Virus record (IMG/VR): IMGVR_UViG_3300032249_001461
Coordinates: 1 to 64,000 of that record
DNA: 64,000 nt
Direction: 5' to 3' (one strand)
DNA from: a virus
Part shown: positions 47,005 through 56,709 of the stretch, piece after piece
How the letters are laid out: each line of letters starts with the position of its first letter
Numbering within the stretch: the stretch's first letter is position 1
Notes under the pieces: generated by a model
The model's database searches: none
What the model was told of the DNA's origin: nothing
What the model saw: the letters and a program-made list of their open reading frames with translations, nothing else
Translations under genes and position numbers: made by a program

Positions 47005-47820
47005 ATGCTTTCGTACAAGGACTACAAGAAACTCAACGAATCGCTCTACGGAGCATTCAATCTCGGTCTGAAGGGCGCCAACGTGGTTGGGGGAATCGTC
47101 AGCGCATCATCGGTCAACGGCACTGAAGCGGCTCTCGAGGCCAGGGCCGAGGAGGCCATCGAGGAAGCCAAGAAGATGAAGAAGAAGATGGAGTCGGACG
47201 AGGAGCATGACGAGGAAGAGGTCGAAGAGAAGGATTCCGACGAAGGCGAGGACTCGGACGAAGATCATGACGAAGAAGAGCATGACGACGAAGAGAGCGA
47301 AGAAGAGGAAGATTCCGAAGAGGACTCCGACGAAGAGGACGAAGAGGAGTCCGATCCCAAATTCATGAAGAAGAAGGCCAAGAAGGAGTGGGCCGAGGTC
47401 CTTGCCGATCTAGAGGCAGTCTTGGAGGACGTATCAAACGAGGCCAACCTTGCAGAAATAAAGAAAGGCCTGGAGATCATCAGGGAGGGCGCGAAGAAGG
47501 GCCACAAGAAGGGCTGCGACTGCAATTTCTGCAAGAGCGTCAAGGCCAAAAAGGAAGGCAAAGACGAGGGAGATGACGAAGGCCTGACGGCCGGACAGAA
47601 GAAGCTTCCCAAGGCCCTACAGGACGCCATCCTCGCGAAGAAGGACAAGAAGGGCGACAAAGAAGACAAGAAGTGCGGGAAGTACATGAAGGAGGACGAT
47701 GCCGCGTGGTGGAACAGCGTCAACAGCATGCTCGGAACCGAGGACCAGAAGGGCTGGGACGGTTGGACTGAGGTGGGCGAAATAGAGACTGCCATAAGGG
47801 ACGAGCAGAACCCCGTATGA
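47005..47820 (+). CDS. Highly acidic/basic head-core-like protein with leader
   Basis: MLSYKDYKKLNE; long D/E tract; LTAGQKKLPKALQDAIL. Confidence 0.7.
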   Translation: MLSYKDYKKLNESLYGAFNLGLKGANVVGGIVSASSVNGTEAALEARAEEAIEEAKKMKKKMESDEEHDEEEVEEKDSDEGEDSDEDHDEEEHDDEESEEEEDSEEDSDEEDEEESDPKFMKKKAKKEWAEVLADLEAVLEDVSNEANLAEIKKGLEIIREGAKKGHKKGCDCNFCKSVKAKKEGKDEGDDEGLTAGQKKLPKALQDAILAKKDKKGDKEDKKCGKYMKEDDAAWWNSVNSMLGTEDQKGWDGWTEVGEIETAIRDEQNPV

Positions 47821-47963
47821 TAAAAGAACAAGTCCTAATACTAAAAGTCATATACGAGGACGAAGAAAAAAATCCTCCGCACACATGGAACTGGACCGAT
47901 CTTGTGGGTGGAGGACACAAAGTGGAAGTGATGAACCACGGAGCGTCCGAAAAGGCGGACTAA
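47817..47963 (+). CDS. Small hypothetical protein (48 aa)
   Basis: ATGA overlap; MIKEQVLILKVIYED... Confidence 0.55.
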   Translation: MIKEQVLILKVIYEDEEKNPPHTWNWTDLVGGGHKVEVMNHGASEKAD

Positions 47964-48013
47964 AACCCATTTGTTGACCATATATAACTATGTGGTAACA
48001 ACAAGGAGGTTGT

Positions 48014-48499
48014 ATGTTCAAATTCAAAGATAAGGCCAATCCCGTAGGCGTAATACACAAGGTCTCGGAGATTGAGGAAAAGCTCGTCAAATACGCAAGA
48101 ATGTGGGACGAGCAGAGGGCGAGGGGCTTCTGGCTGTCAAAGTCCGACAGGTCCAGGCTCACCCATTTCATGCTGGTCGCCCTTGATGACTTCATGATTT
48201 CGGTTGCGATTCTGTCCATACCCGGCCCCGACAAGAAGGCAACCGTGCTGGATGCGATGGACAGGCTCTATGAGTACACCGTACGCGAGGCTCTGCCCAT
48301 ATGGCTGAGGCCGTTCGCCGAGCCCGTAAAGCAGTATGTGGTATATGTCCTTGTGTCGTTTGCGATCGACTGGGCAGTGCAGAAGTACAATACCGGAAGC
48401 TGGGGCAGGACGGTGGAGACCAGCGCCCTTGCAAGAATCCTGAAGAAGGCGGGCTGCGAGTCATTTCCGTGCGTCAGGTGCTCAAGGAGGGAAGCATGA
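48014..48499 (+). CDS. Hypothetical protein
   Basis: TATATA box, AGGAGG SD, coupled to the protease gene. Confidence 0.7.
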   Translation: MFKFKDKANPVGVIHKVSEIEEKLVKYARMWDEQRARGFWLSKSDRSRLTHFMLVALDDFMISVAILSIPGPDKKATVLDAMDRLYEYTVREALPIWLRPFAEPVKQYVVYVLVSFAIDWAVQKYNTGSWGRTVETSALARILKKAGCESFPCVRCSRREA

Positions 48500-49437
48500 G
48501 AAGCAAAAACAATCAGTGTAGCCTCTTTCCCTACGAAAGAGAGGAAGTTTTTTCCATACAGGACGCGATGCAGAAGGCGGGATGGAACATCACTGCATTT
48601 GACCTCCCCGGCGCCTGGTCTAAATCAAAGGGAGAGGGCGTGAAAATAGCGGTCATAGACACGGGCGTGGACCTAGATCATCCCGACCTTGTCAGGAATC
48701 TTCTTCCCGGAATGAACTTCATAGACGCTTCTTCGCAGCCTTGGGACGACAACCACCACGGAACCCATGTTGCGGGCATAATAGTTGCGGAGAACAATGA
48801 AATAGGAATGGTCGGAGTCGCCCCGTCATCAAAGGTGATCCCCATAAAGGTCCTGGACAGGAGCGGAAACGGAAGTCTGACGAACGTGGCCAAGGGCATC
48901 AGATGGGCCGTGGACGAGGGCAAGGCGGATCTGATATGCATGTCGCTGGGATCTCCGAACCCAGTCCAGGAGGTGAGGAAGGCCGTCCAGTATGCTGAAT
49001 CCAAGGGCGTGGTCTGCTTCGTTGCCGCCGGAAATTCGGGAATGACAAAGAACATATTCTATCCGGCCGAATATCCGGAAACCATCGCGATTGGTTCAAT
49101 AGATGAAAACCTGAGCAGGTCTAGGTTCAGCAACACTGGCCACAACCTGGACTTCATGGCTCCGGGAAACAGAATATTCTCGACTGTCCCAGACAACTGG
49201 TATGCCGTGCTGAGCGGGACGAGCATGGCGGCTCCTTTTGCCACGGGGGTGGCGGCGCTGGTACTTTCCTATTCTAGGAACAACGGACCGGGAATGAAAC
49301 TGAACACGGCGGAGGACTATAGAAATGCTTTCAGGGACCATACGATCCCTATCACGGACGCCCTCCTTAAGGATCAGAAGTTCTATCAGGGATTCGGAAT
49401 ACTCGAGCCGAGGAAGCTATTCGAGGCGTTGGGCTGA
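48496..49437 (+). CDS. Subtilisin-family (S8) serine protease
   Basis: VIDTG, HGTHVAG, AAGN and GTSMAAP. Confidence 0.95.
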   Translation: MRSKNNQCSLFPYEREEVFSIQDAMQKAGWNITAFDLPGAWSKSKGEGVKIAVIDTGVDLDHPDLVRNLLPGMNFIDASSQPWDDNHHGTHVAGIIVAENNEIGMVGVAPSSKVIPIKVLDRSGNGSLTNVAKGIRWAVDEGKADLICMSLGSPNPVQEVRKAVQYAESKGVVCFVAAGNSGMTKNIFYPAEYPETIAIGSIDENLSRSRFSNTGHNLDFMAPGNRIFSTVPDNWYAVLSGTSMAAPFATGVAALVLSYSRNNGPGMKLNTAEDYRNAFRDHTIPITDALLKDQKFYQGFGILEPRKLFEALG

Positions 49438-49968
49438 TTCCGACTCCCTCATTTCGTAGATCATTGTGGCGATCTCCTTCTTCGCGGGGGGAGATCGCCC
49501 TTCTTTTTCATATTTCTCAAGCAGCTCTTCAAATTTGACTATGTTGGAATTCAGGACTGAAGCCTTCTCGTAACGCTCGCTTTTCACCGCTATTCTGTAC
49601 TTCTGCTTCAGTTCAGCCAGGAACTTCAGGGGGTCTGTTTTCTCCGCCTGGTCCATCTTCCATGTTATGGGAATGCTCCCCACATGTCTGTCTCCTTCTT
49701 GCACTGCCTTGATCACATGCTCTATGGTTCCCTCAAAAGCATCGTAGCAACTTGCGCATCCCATCCTGCTTCCCTTCAGAACATCCTCCAATTTCATTCC
49801 ACAAGAGTCGCACGAGGCGTCCTCTTCGGACATTTTTATTCTGGATGTGGCGCTGATGTACAGGCAGTCCTCGCAAACCATGTGGGTCTTGACCTTTTCC
49901 CCGTGCTTTTCTGTGATGTGGAAGCACTTGTGCTTAAGGCAGGGCTTGCCGTTCAGGGGGCATGTCAT
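49417..49968 (-). CDS. mcsA: McsA-like protein (CxxC pairs plus UVR domain)
   Basis: CEDC, CDSCG...RMGCASCYDAF, HVGSIP and AVKSERYEKA. Confidence 0.75.
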   Translation of the reverse strand: MTCPLNGKPCLKHKCFHITEKHGEKVKTHMVCEDCLYISATSRIKMSEEDASCDSCGMKLEDVLKGSRMGCASCYDAFEGTIEHVIKAVQEGDRHVGSIPITWKMDQAEKTDPLKFLAELKQKYRIAVKSERYEKASVLNSNIVKFEELLEKYEKEGRSPPAKKEIATMIYEMRESESAQRLE

Positions 49969-50011
49969 TTCGCTAACTTTCTTTTTATGTAAGGGGCGTA
50001 GTAGATGAAAT

Positions 50012-51637
50012 TCATCCGCACTGATACGAAGTCGGCCCGACATTTACAGTGCCGAAAGCCCCCTCTCCAATAGCGTTGACGGCTGAAATTCTTACAGTAC
50101 CGCCTTCCCATGTGTCGAAGTTTAGAATTCCATTTACCGCCGTTTTGAATGCGTTTCCACTTGTTATTGACCTAAAGGCCGCAAATGAATCCGCCTGTGT
50201 CCTAATTCTGTATCCGGTAATTGCCGATCCTCCGTTGCTAGAAGGGGCAGAAAATGAAATGTAATAATCTGGAAAACAAGAACCGCCAAACTGATTTGCA
50301 TTAATGCCGGTCGGAGCACCCGGTACTGTCGCGCTGTTGGGCGTGGCGGTGGGAGTGTTGGTCGGTGTTGAAGTAGATGTGTTTGTCGGCGTGGATGTGG
50401 CGGTCGGCGTATTGGTCGGCGTATTAGTCGGTGTGGATGTGGCTGTCGGCGTATTGGTCGGCGTATTGGTCGGTGTGGATGTGGCGGTGGGAGTATTGGT
50501 CGGTGTATTGGTCGGTGTGGATGTGGCTGTCGGTGTATTGGTCGGTGTATTGGTCGGTGTATTGGTCGGTGTGGATGTGGCTGTCGGTGTATTGGTCGGT
50601 GTATTGTTCGGCGTGGATGTTGCGGTCAGTGTTGGTGTTGAGGTTGCGGTCGGTGTGTTGGTGGTAGTCGGCGTAGAAGTTTGGGCGGGAGTGTTGGTAG
50701 GAGTTGAATTAGCGGTGGATGTGTTGGTCGGAGTTGAAGTAGGAGTGTTTGTGGCGGTGGGCGTATTGGTCGGTGTATTGGTTGACATTGGCGTTGGTGT
50801 AGGTGCGCTTGAACTTGAACTAGATTCCTGCAAAAATGGCTTTCCCGAAACCTTGACCGTAAATCCGTCATTGAGGCGGAACTCTGCGCCTGGAGGGGTT
50901 GTCCTTTTGACCCAGACGGGAGCGAAGTCACCAGGATTCATCCTTCCTAGAAGCAAGGGTTCCGAACGAAAAGTCACTCCGGAAGGAGTCATCCGATCTG
51001 TCACAAGGTGTGGGGCGGAAGAATTTATGGGGCGTCCGTCCGAAATCTTTCTTACGGCTATGGTCGGGGCGTCGGCTCCGCCAGTCAAGTTGTTCTCTTG
51101 AACCAGCATGGTGGGCCAACTCTTGTTGTCGTTGTCGCCCGAGAAGGTGACTGTGAAAGAAGTCGTATTCCCCGATATGGAATAGGTCACTCCGGCGGCG
51201 GCTCCGACGTACGAAAGGGCGTTCAGAAGGCTTGACAGGAACCCGAATGGAGAAGATCCCCAGTTCACGGATACCGGCGTGCTTCCAAGCATGAACACTG
51301 CGGTTCCCGAAGTTGGACTTCCCGTCACATCTATTCTCTGGACATCCGTGGATTTGGCAATTCCGATATCCACATATGATCCGCCCGAATTCTGTGAGGA
51401 CACGACGACTTGGGTGTCGTAGAGAGTCACGGACGATCCGGAGTTTTTCACGTAAAAGCAGCGGTGATCCACCTTGCCAGACGAAGCCTCTTCGGAGGTT
51501 ATGTCGGGAAACAGATTGTTCAGCGATCCGAGGACGGGGAACGAGGAGGGACCGCCCCCAGTGGATTTGCTGGGGTCTGCGTTGTTCGCGCCTCCGGAGA
51601 GAAGAAATTCTATGTTGGTGGAGCCTATGGTCGTCAT
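50012..51637 (-). CDS. Virion protein with Thr/Pro stalk and C-terminal FN3 domain
   Basis: [10 protein letters not shown] repeats; VPGAPTG...[13 protein letters not shown]...AVNAIGEG. Confidence 0.8.
   Translation of the reverse strand: MTTIGSTNIEFLLSGGANNADPSKSTGGGPSSFPVLGSLNNLFPDITSEEASSGKVDHRCFYVKNSGSSVTLYDTQVVVSSQNSGGSYVDIGIAKSTDVQRIDVTGSPTSGTAVFMLGSTPVSVNWGSSPFGFLSSLLNALSYVGAAAGVTYSISGNTTSFTVTFSGDNDNKSWPTMLVQENNLTGGADAPTIAVRKISDGRPINSSAPHLVTDRMTPSGVTFRSEPLLLGRMNPGDFAPVWVKRTTPPGAEFRLNDGFTVKVSGKPFLQESSSSSSAPTPTPMSTNTPTNTPTATNTPTSTPTNTSTANSTPTNTPAQTSTPTTTNTPTATSTPTLTATSTPNNTPTNTPTATSTPTNTPTNTPTNTPTATSTPTNTPTNTPTATSTPTNTPTNTPTATSTPTNTPTNTPTATSTPTNTSTSTPTNTPTATPNSATVPGAPTGINANQFGGSCFPDYYISFSAPSSNGGSAITGYRIRTQADSFAAFRSITSGNAFKTAVNGILNFDTWEGGTVRISAVNAIGEGAFGTVNVGPTSYQCG
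50340..50800 (-). repeat. Coding Thr-Pro-Thr-Asn tandem repeats
   Basis: Repeated gtattggtcggt units on the + strand. Confidence 0.85.
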
Positions 51638-52384
51638 TACTGGTTATGTATTGACTTTGGCGAGCAAAAAAGCCATATTATCTTCGGGAGGCCACAATGC
51701 CGTTTTCGTTCGGAAGCGACCCCGAGTTTATACTTTCCGATAAAAAAGGCAAGTTCAGAAGCGCCATAGGAATAGTGAAGGCGAGCAAGGAAAAAAGGCT
51801 CGGAGTGGGGGGAAACCACTTCTTCTACGACAACGTGCTCGCCGAATGCACGGTTGAACCCTCGTTTTCAAGGGATCAGGCCGTGGAAAATGCGAAAAAG
51901 TCCCTGAAAACCTACGCGGAGATAATCCGTCCTTTCAGGCTGACATGCCTGGCTTCCGCAGATTTCAACGAATCCGAAATGAAACACAAGGATGCCAGGA
52001 AGGCAGGGTGCGAGGTTGAGATGTGCGCCTACAGCCTTTCCGAGGTTCCGGCCGGCAGGATCAAGAAATTTTTCAGGAAGTCAAATTTCAGAACCGCTGG
52101 GGGGCATGTTCACCTCGGAACGGACATGGGCGGGTCGCACGAGCATTCGGTCATGCTCGTAAGGATGCTTGATCTTTTTCTTGGTGTCTCTAGCCTTCTG
52201 GTGGACAGGGACTTGCCGAGCGTGAATAGAAGGAAAGTCTACGGTCTTCCAGGAAGGTACAGACAGCCCTCGCATGGCGTCGAATACAGAACCATGGGCA
52301 ACTTCTGGCTCTCCAGCCCCATTCTCGTGGAGCTCGTATATGACATTTGCGAATATGTAATGAAGGCGATGAAAGAACGAATTT

Positions 52385-53656
52385 GTCAATTACCCACCCC
52401 CTAAAGGGAGTGGGCTTGTAAATCACCGGAGCCTTCTCCACAGTGTCTACTATAAGCCAATTGACACATGGCTCGTTCTTCAACAGCTTGCCGTTGAAGA
52501 AGCGACCGGAGTGCTACATTTTTAGCACCGACACGGTCTGCGTTGTCCGAGAACTTGCAGGCAACGCACCGAAAAACCAGTCCATTTCGGTTGGACTTAT
52601 CAACGCAACCACAACAAGGACAACCCCTGCTCGTATTTTTTGCAGGAACATTGTCAACGGTTATCCCAACAGAATTAGCCTTGTATGTGACAAAAAACTC
52701 AAGCATAAAGTAGGGCCACCTGTTATTCCTTGATCTCTGCTTGTGGTGTTGTTTTTTGTTTTCCTTGGTAAATTTCTGTTTGAAGCCGGTCAACTTTTCC
52801 AATGTTATGGTTCTTGCATTGTTCAAACTTGCAAAATTAACCAATTGCTTACTTGCAATGTGTAATATATTCTGTGTTACGGCTTTTTCTCTTCCGCTTA
52901 ACCGCTTTAGTAAACGGTGTGCTGAACGAGTGCCAACACTGGCTACTTTTGCTCTTGTTTGTCTGATGCAGAGTCTTTTGTGATTTAGTTCACCTCCCTT
53001 GATGTAAAGTGTCTTGTTTGAATTAGGGTCTATTGCAACGAGTATGTTTTTCTGTCCACGGTCAACCCCAATTATTCCGCCTTCAACTCTTGGTTCAACT
53101 TGGTCAATTTCAACTGTCAAGCACAACCACCATTGACCTTTACTGAATTTCAACTTTGAGTCACTCCATTTGCCTTTAGGAAGCGGTCGTGACTTGTAGG
53201 AAACCAGTTCGCCCCAGATGCTCATTCCCTTTTTTCTGATGTTGAAATCCCGTTTCCAGCAAAGTGGCAAACTTGTCTTGTTGTATGTCGCAAAGCTCCA
53301 ATTCTTGTTGCTTTTCATGCTTCTGTATGTTCCAACCACATGGCGGAACAAGGAGCAAGTCAATTGGCTGGGAAGATTGAATTTTTCTCTCACCATGCCG
53401 TAGAACTCTTTGCTCAATTGACCCGGAGTGTTGACTTTCTTGCGAGAATAGATTATCTTAGACAGCCAGTTTGCGGCATCCTTGTAGGATTCGGCGTATT
53501 GGCTGAACTTGGAATGCTCGCTTGTTATTTTGAGTTTGTATGTTCGTAGGGCTTTCGTCACGAACTTATATAGTAAGATTGTGACGAAAATTATTTAGGA
53601 GGTAACGGCAATTCCTCCCAGCCCCTAAAGGGACTGGGTTTCCTTGCCGAATTCAG
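52385..53656 (-). mobile_element. IS1341-type (tnpB-only) element
   Basis: Left-end hairpin 53606-53649 after TTCAT; right end ...tttagggggtgggtaatTGAC; no target duplication. Confidence 0.88.
52401..53561 (-). CDS. tnpB: TnpB RNA-guided nuclease
   Basis: GVDRG, LEKL, TSRGCPCCG and NADRVGAKN. Confidence 0.93.
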   Translation of the reverse strand: MTKALRTYKLKITSEHSKFSQYAESYKDAANWLSKIIYSRKKVNTPGQLSKEFYGMVREKFNLPSQLTCSLFRHVVGTYRSMKSNKNWSFATYNKTSLPLCWKRDFNIRKKGMSIWGELVSYKSRPLPKGKWSDSKLKFSKGQWWLCLTVEIDQVEPRVEGGIIGVDRGQKNILVAIDPNSNKTLYIKGGELNHKRLCIRQTRAKVASVGTRSAHRLLKRLSGREKAVTQNILHIASKQLVNFASLNNARTITLEKLTGFKQKFTKENKKQHHKQRSRNNRWPYFMLEFFVTYKANSVGITVDNVPAKNTSRGCPCCGCVDKSNRNGLVFRCVACKFSDNADRVGAKNVALRSLLQRQAVEERAMCQLAYSRHCGEGSGDLQAHSL

Positions 53657-53917
53657 ATGAAAATTTCTGGACCGTGGACAGGGAGAAGCTGGAATCCGAC
53701 GACTTCTGGAATGCCGGGGGCGATCCTGCCAAATGCCACCGCTGCCACGGCTATGATATCAATCTGATGAGGAGGATGTTCAATCTTGAATTCAAGGACA
53801 TTGTCTCTGAAGCAAAAGAGATAATTGACCTTGTGCTTCTGATGCTGCCGGACAAAATCAGAAGAGGGCTGTCCGATCTGGGGGGCAGGAGTTTTGATGT
53901 CTACGAAGAGTGGGGGC

Positions 53918-54385
53918 TTACCTCTTAGGGCCTCGCTTGAGCCTGACTGGGTTCAGCTTCTCCGCATGTCGGTCCTTGACGCCCTTCAGCCCGTGCATCA
54001 TGTTGACGAGTTCCTTCGCCATCTCCGCGGGCGTGTCGTTCCTGCACTTTTCGGACCTCTGTATGGATACCGTCTTCCTGTCCTTGTTGTAGAAGCCGTT
54101 TGACATTATGAAACAGCCTCCCTCCTCCTTCGGGCTGTAGCTGATCATGCCCACCCACTCCCCGTCGTCCCAGTTCCTGGAACTCACCATTATCCTTGCG
54201 GGCTCCTCGTCGAATATCTGCCGCACGTGGTATCCGCGCTTCTTGAGGCCGGCGCTGACGTAGCCGAGGGCTATCTTCGCAAAGCCCTCCAGAACCTCCT
54301 TCGTCCTGGTTCTGTAGTTGACTTCCACGCTGTACCGCGTGTTGCCCTCGTCCATCCTCTTTTCCATCCACTCCTGAAATCTCAT
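53918..54385 (-). CDS. Leader-bearing hypothetical protein
   Basis: MRFQEWME...MDE; TATATA 5 nt upstream. Confidence 0.75.
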   Translation of the reverse strand: MRFQEWMEKRMDEGNTRYSVEVNYRTRTKEVLEGFAKIALGYVSAGLKKRGYHVRQIFDEEPARIMVSSRNWDDGEWVGMISYSPKEEGGCFIMSNGFYNKDRKTVSIQRSEKCRNDTPAEMAKELVNMMHGLKGVKDRHAEKLNPVRLKRGPKR

Positions 54386-54422
54386 GGAGTTATATATGGG
54401 ATAGGGGCAGCTATTATATTGG

Positions 54423-55067
54423 ATGAAACTCCGTATATTGGTCGCCTGTGAGTACTCCGGTTCGGTGCGGGACGCCTTCAGGGCTCTTGGCCACGATGCC
54501 ATGTCGTGCGACCTCCTTCCCACCGACGTGCCCGGACCCCACCACCAGGGCGACGTGTTTGATGTCATAAACGAGGGATTTGACCTCATGGTCGCCCATC
54601 CTCCATGCACCCACCTCGCGGTGAGCGGGGCGAGGTGGTTCAAGCACAAGCAGAACGAGCAGAAGGAGGCTCTGGAGTTCGTCCAGAGGCTGATGGACGC
54701 CCCCATCAAGCACATAGCCATAGAGAACCCCGTCAGCATCATAAGCAGCAGAATACGGAGACCTGAACAGATAATTCAGCCGTGGATGTTCGGAGACCCG
54801 TTCCAGAAGACGACCTGTCTGTGGCTCAAGAACCTGCCCGGGCTGAAGCCCACCAAGATTGTGGACAAGGGGGAGTTCTTCGAATGGACGGACAAGAAGA
54901 CCGGCAAGAAGAAAAGGCAGGCGGTGTGGTACAAGGAGGCATGGAGCAAGGGCGATCTGCGCTGGAAGATAAGGAGCAAGACCTTCCAGGGAATAGCGGA
55001 CGCCATGGCCGACCAGTGGTCCAGGCATGCCGTTCAAGACAAGCAGGTCACGTCCTTAAATCCGTAG
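54423..55067 (+). CDS. Phage-type DNA cytosine methyltransferase
   Basis: LVACEYSG, AHPPCT, IENP, KTTCLW and RSKTFQGIADAMA. Confidence 0.85.
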   Translation: MKLRILVACEYSGSVRDAFRALGHDAMSCDLLPTDVPGPHHQGDVFDVINEGFDLMVAHPPCTHLAVSGARWFKHKQNEQKEALEFVQRLMDAPIKHIAIENPVSIISSRIRRPEQIIQPWMFGDPFQKTTCLWLKNLPGLKPTKIVDKGEFFEWTDKKTGKKKRQAVWYKEAWSKGDLRWKIRSKTFQGIADAMADQWSRHAVQDKQVTSLNP

Positions 55068-55732
55068 GGATCTTTCAGACTCGCTTGGCTTTCGGCTATC
55101 TTGTACCATGCAGTGAAGGCGATTCTTATGCCACCGGCGTTCTTCCTCACGCCGTGGATGTAGTCGCGGGAGCAAGGAAATCCGAAGAGCCTTCTTGTCT
55201 TCGGTTTCACGTCAATGTCCTTCAATGGAAGGGTTGTTTCTCCGCCCGCAAAATCGTCCGAAAGATAGATGAGTGAGGTGTATATCCTAGTCGGAGTGTG
55301 GTTCGGCTGCCATTCGTTCTTGGACGGATTTTTAAATCCTTCATGCCCGTGGTCTTCGGGCTTCCCTAGGTTCCTATCGGCCTGGCAGTGGGGCCTTTCG
55401 GCATCGGCATGGTAACCCATGGAGAAATTCACGCAGACAGATATGCCGCAGTACTCCTCGGAAATCACGGGGAGGCTAGTTTTTTCAAGGAGAATGTCAT
55501 ATAGAACTTTGTGAGATCGCCTGACAGATTCGTTGAGATCATCGTTGACAGAATTGCTCCTCTTGGAGTCGAACGAAAGGGGCATGAATTTGTAGAACGA
55601 CTCTCCCGAGTCCATCTTGAGAAGGGCCTCTTGGTATGGAAGAGAGCCTTTGGCAAACTCCAACATGGATGACAAGTCGGATTCGGATATGGCATCATCC
55701 AATATGACGGCTTGATCGTGAATTGTAAGCAT
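55034..55732 (-). CDS. 2OG-Fe(II) oxygenase
   Basis: HAD, IYLSDDFAGGE and HGV...R. Confidence 0.85.
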   Translation of the reverse strand: MLTIHDQAVILDDAISESDLSSMLEFAKGSLPYQEALLKMDSGESFYKFMPLSFDSKRSNSVNDDLNESVRRSHKVLYDILLEKTSLPVISEEYCGISVCVNFSMGYHADAERPHCQADRNLGKPEDHGHEGFKNPSKNEWQPNHTPTRIYTSLIYLSDDFAGGETTLPLKDIDVKPKTRRLFGFPCSRDYIHGVRKNAGGIRIAFTAWYKIAESQASLKDPYGFKDVTCLS

Positions 55733-55735
55733 GAA

Positions 55736-56449
55736 TTATGTATGATCAGGATATACGAAGTTCGGCGTCTTGGGATGAGTTCTGTGTCCCTCTGTCTTGT
55801 TTCCCTCGAGGTCTGTTCCCTTGAAATAATTCTTCTGCCAGTCTTTGTCGGTTCTGGGGCCGCTGTTGAATTTGGACCTAGATTCGCACCATTCGCCATA
55901 CTGTCGCTTCAGTTCGGGATTGCTGTCTATGCTCGTCATTTCCGCGGACAAATCATCGAAAACATCAATTCTTACCGGAAACAAATGGGCTATCACATCT
56001 CTCTGTTTTATATGGACGGTTCCGGGGGCGGTGAATTTCCAGTTCATCGTGAATGGGAAGGGCAGCCAATGGGTCTCTACAATGCCCGAAAGACATGTGA
56101 TGTTGTGTATGGGTTCGTTTGGCGAGCCGGTCACATAAAGACCATATGGAAATTCTGTTCTGAATAGGTAGCCCGTGTGCCACGTGAGAGTGCCTTCGCC
56201 GAAATGGGAAATGGGAAAGCAGGAGCCTGATACGCGGGTGACCTTTACATCATCGCGCCCTTGTCCGCCTTTCCACTCGGCCACCACTTCGCTCTTGGAT
56301 ATGAGCTCCCAGCCGTAGCTGTTGGCCATCGTGAGCGGAAGGCATCTGTATGGGTTCTTGTTTATGGACTCGTCCATCCACTTTCTGTTCGGACTCCCAG
56401 GGCGCATCTCCATCGGATCGTCCACAACTTTGTAAGCTTTTACATTCAT
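55736..56449 (-). CDS. DUF6065-like protein
   Basis: RKWMD...YRCLPLTMANSYGW, SHFGEG and WLPFPFTMNW. Confidence 0.75.
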   Translation of the reverse strand: MNVKAYKVVDDPMEMRPGSPNRKWMDESINKNPYRCLPLTMANSYGWELISKSEVVAEWKGGQGRDDVKVTRVSGSCFPISHFGEGTLTWHTGYLFRTEFPYGLYVTGSPNEPIHNITCLSGIVETHWLPFPFTMNWKFTAPGTVHIKQRDVIAHLFPVRIDVFDDLSAEMTSIDSNPELKRQYGEWCESRSKFNSGPRTDKDWQKNYFKGTDLEGNKTEGHRTHPKTPNFVYPDHT

Positions 56450-56574
56450 CTGAATCCGGCGGGAAGCCTAGTTCCTTTAGGTGCTGGGGAATTGACATTG
56501 CATCCTCAACAAGGGTGACGCAAAGCGTCTGTCTAGACTAATATATTATTGAATAAAGTCAATCCGCCAGAAAA

Positions 56575-56709
56575 CTATTCCGCACTTCCTCCCGGTCCCG
56601 GTGGCAAGGGAGGAAGGTAATTTGGAACGGGCGTTGGAACGGGCGTTGGAACGGGCGTTGGAACGGGCGTTGGAACGGGCGTTGGAACGGGCGTTGGTTC
56701 TTCGCTCAC
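56575..56709 (-). CDS. Tiny (PTPV)6 peptide ORF ending GPGGSAE
   Basis: GTGA overlap with the upstream gene; GGAGGAG upstream. Confidence 0.35.
   Translation of the reverse strand: MSEEPTPVPTPVPTPVPTPVPTPVPTPVPNYLPPLPPGPGGSAE
56622..56693. repeat. Six perfect 12-bp tandem repeats
   Basis: (ttggaacgggcg)x6. Confidence 0.9.

Larger units (their letters stand above)
51697..53928 (+). pseudogene. phiEco32-like COOH-NH2 ligase split by an IS (segments 51697-52384 and 53657-53928)
   Basis: GSDPEF, DNVLAE, GGHVHLG, RRKVYG..G.YR and GVEYRT; joining the flanks gives in-frame MKERIYENFW. Confidence 0.8.

Noticed and set aside
50340-50800. Repeat tract as a CRISPR array or origin iterons
   Set aside because: It encodes an in-frame Thr/Pro linker within an ORF
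52385-53656. IStron (self-splicing intron plus IS) that would rescue the ligase gene
   Set aside because: Only about 95 nt separate the left end from tnpB and the element is antisense to the host gene, leaving no room for a group I core
42207-54742. Long N-terminal extensions in the ORF track (starts at 42207, 46780, 48301, 54742)
   Set aside because: They overlap neighbouring genes; internal starts at 42543, 47005, 48496 and 54385 fit SD, promoter-box or ATGA-coupling patterns better
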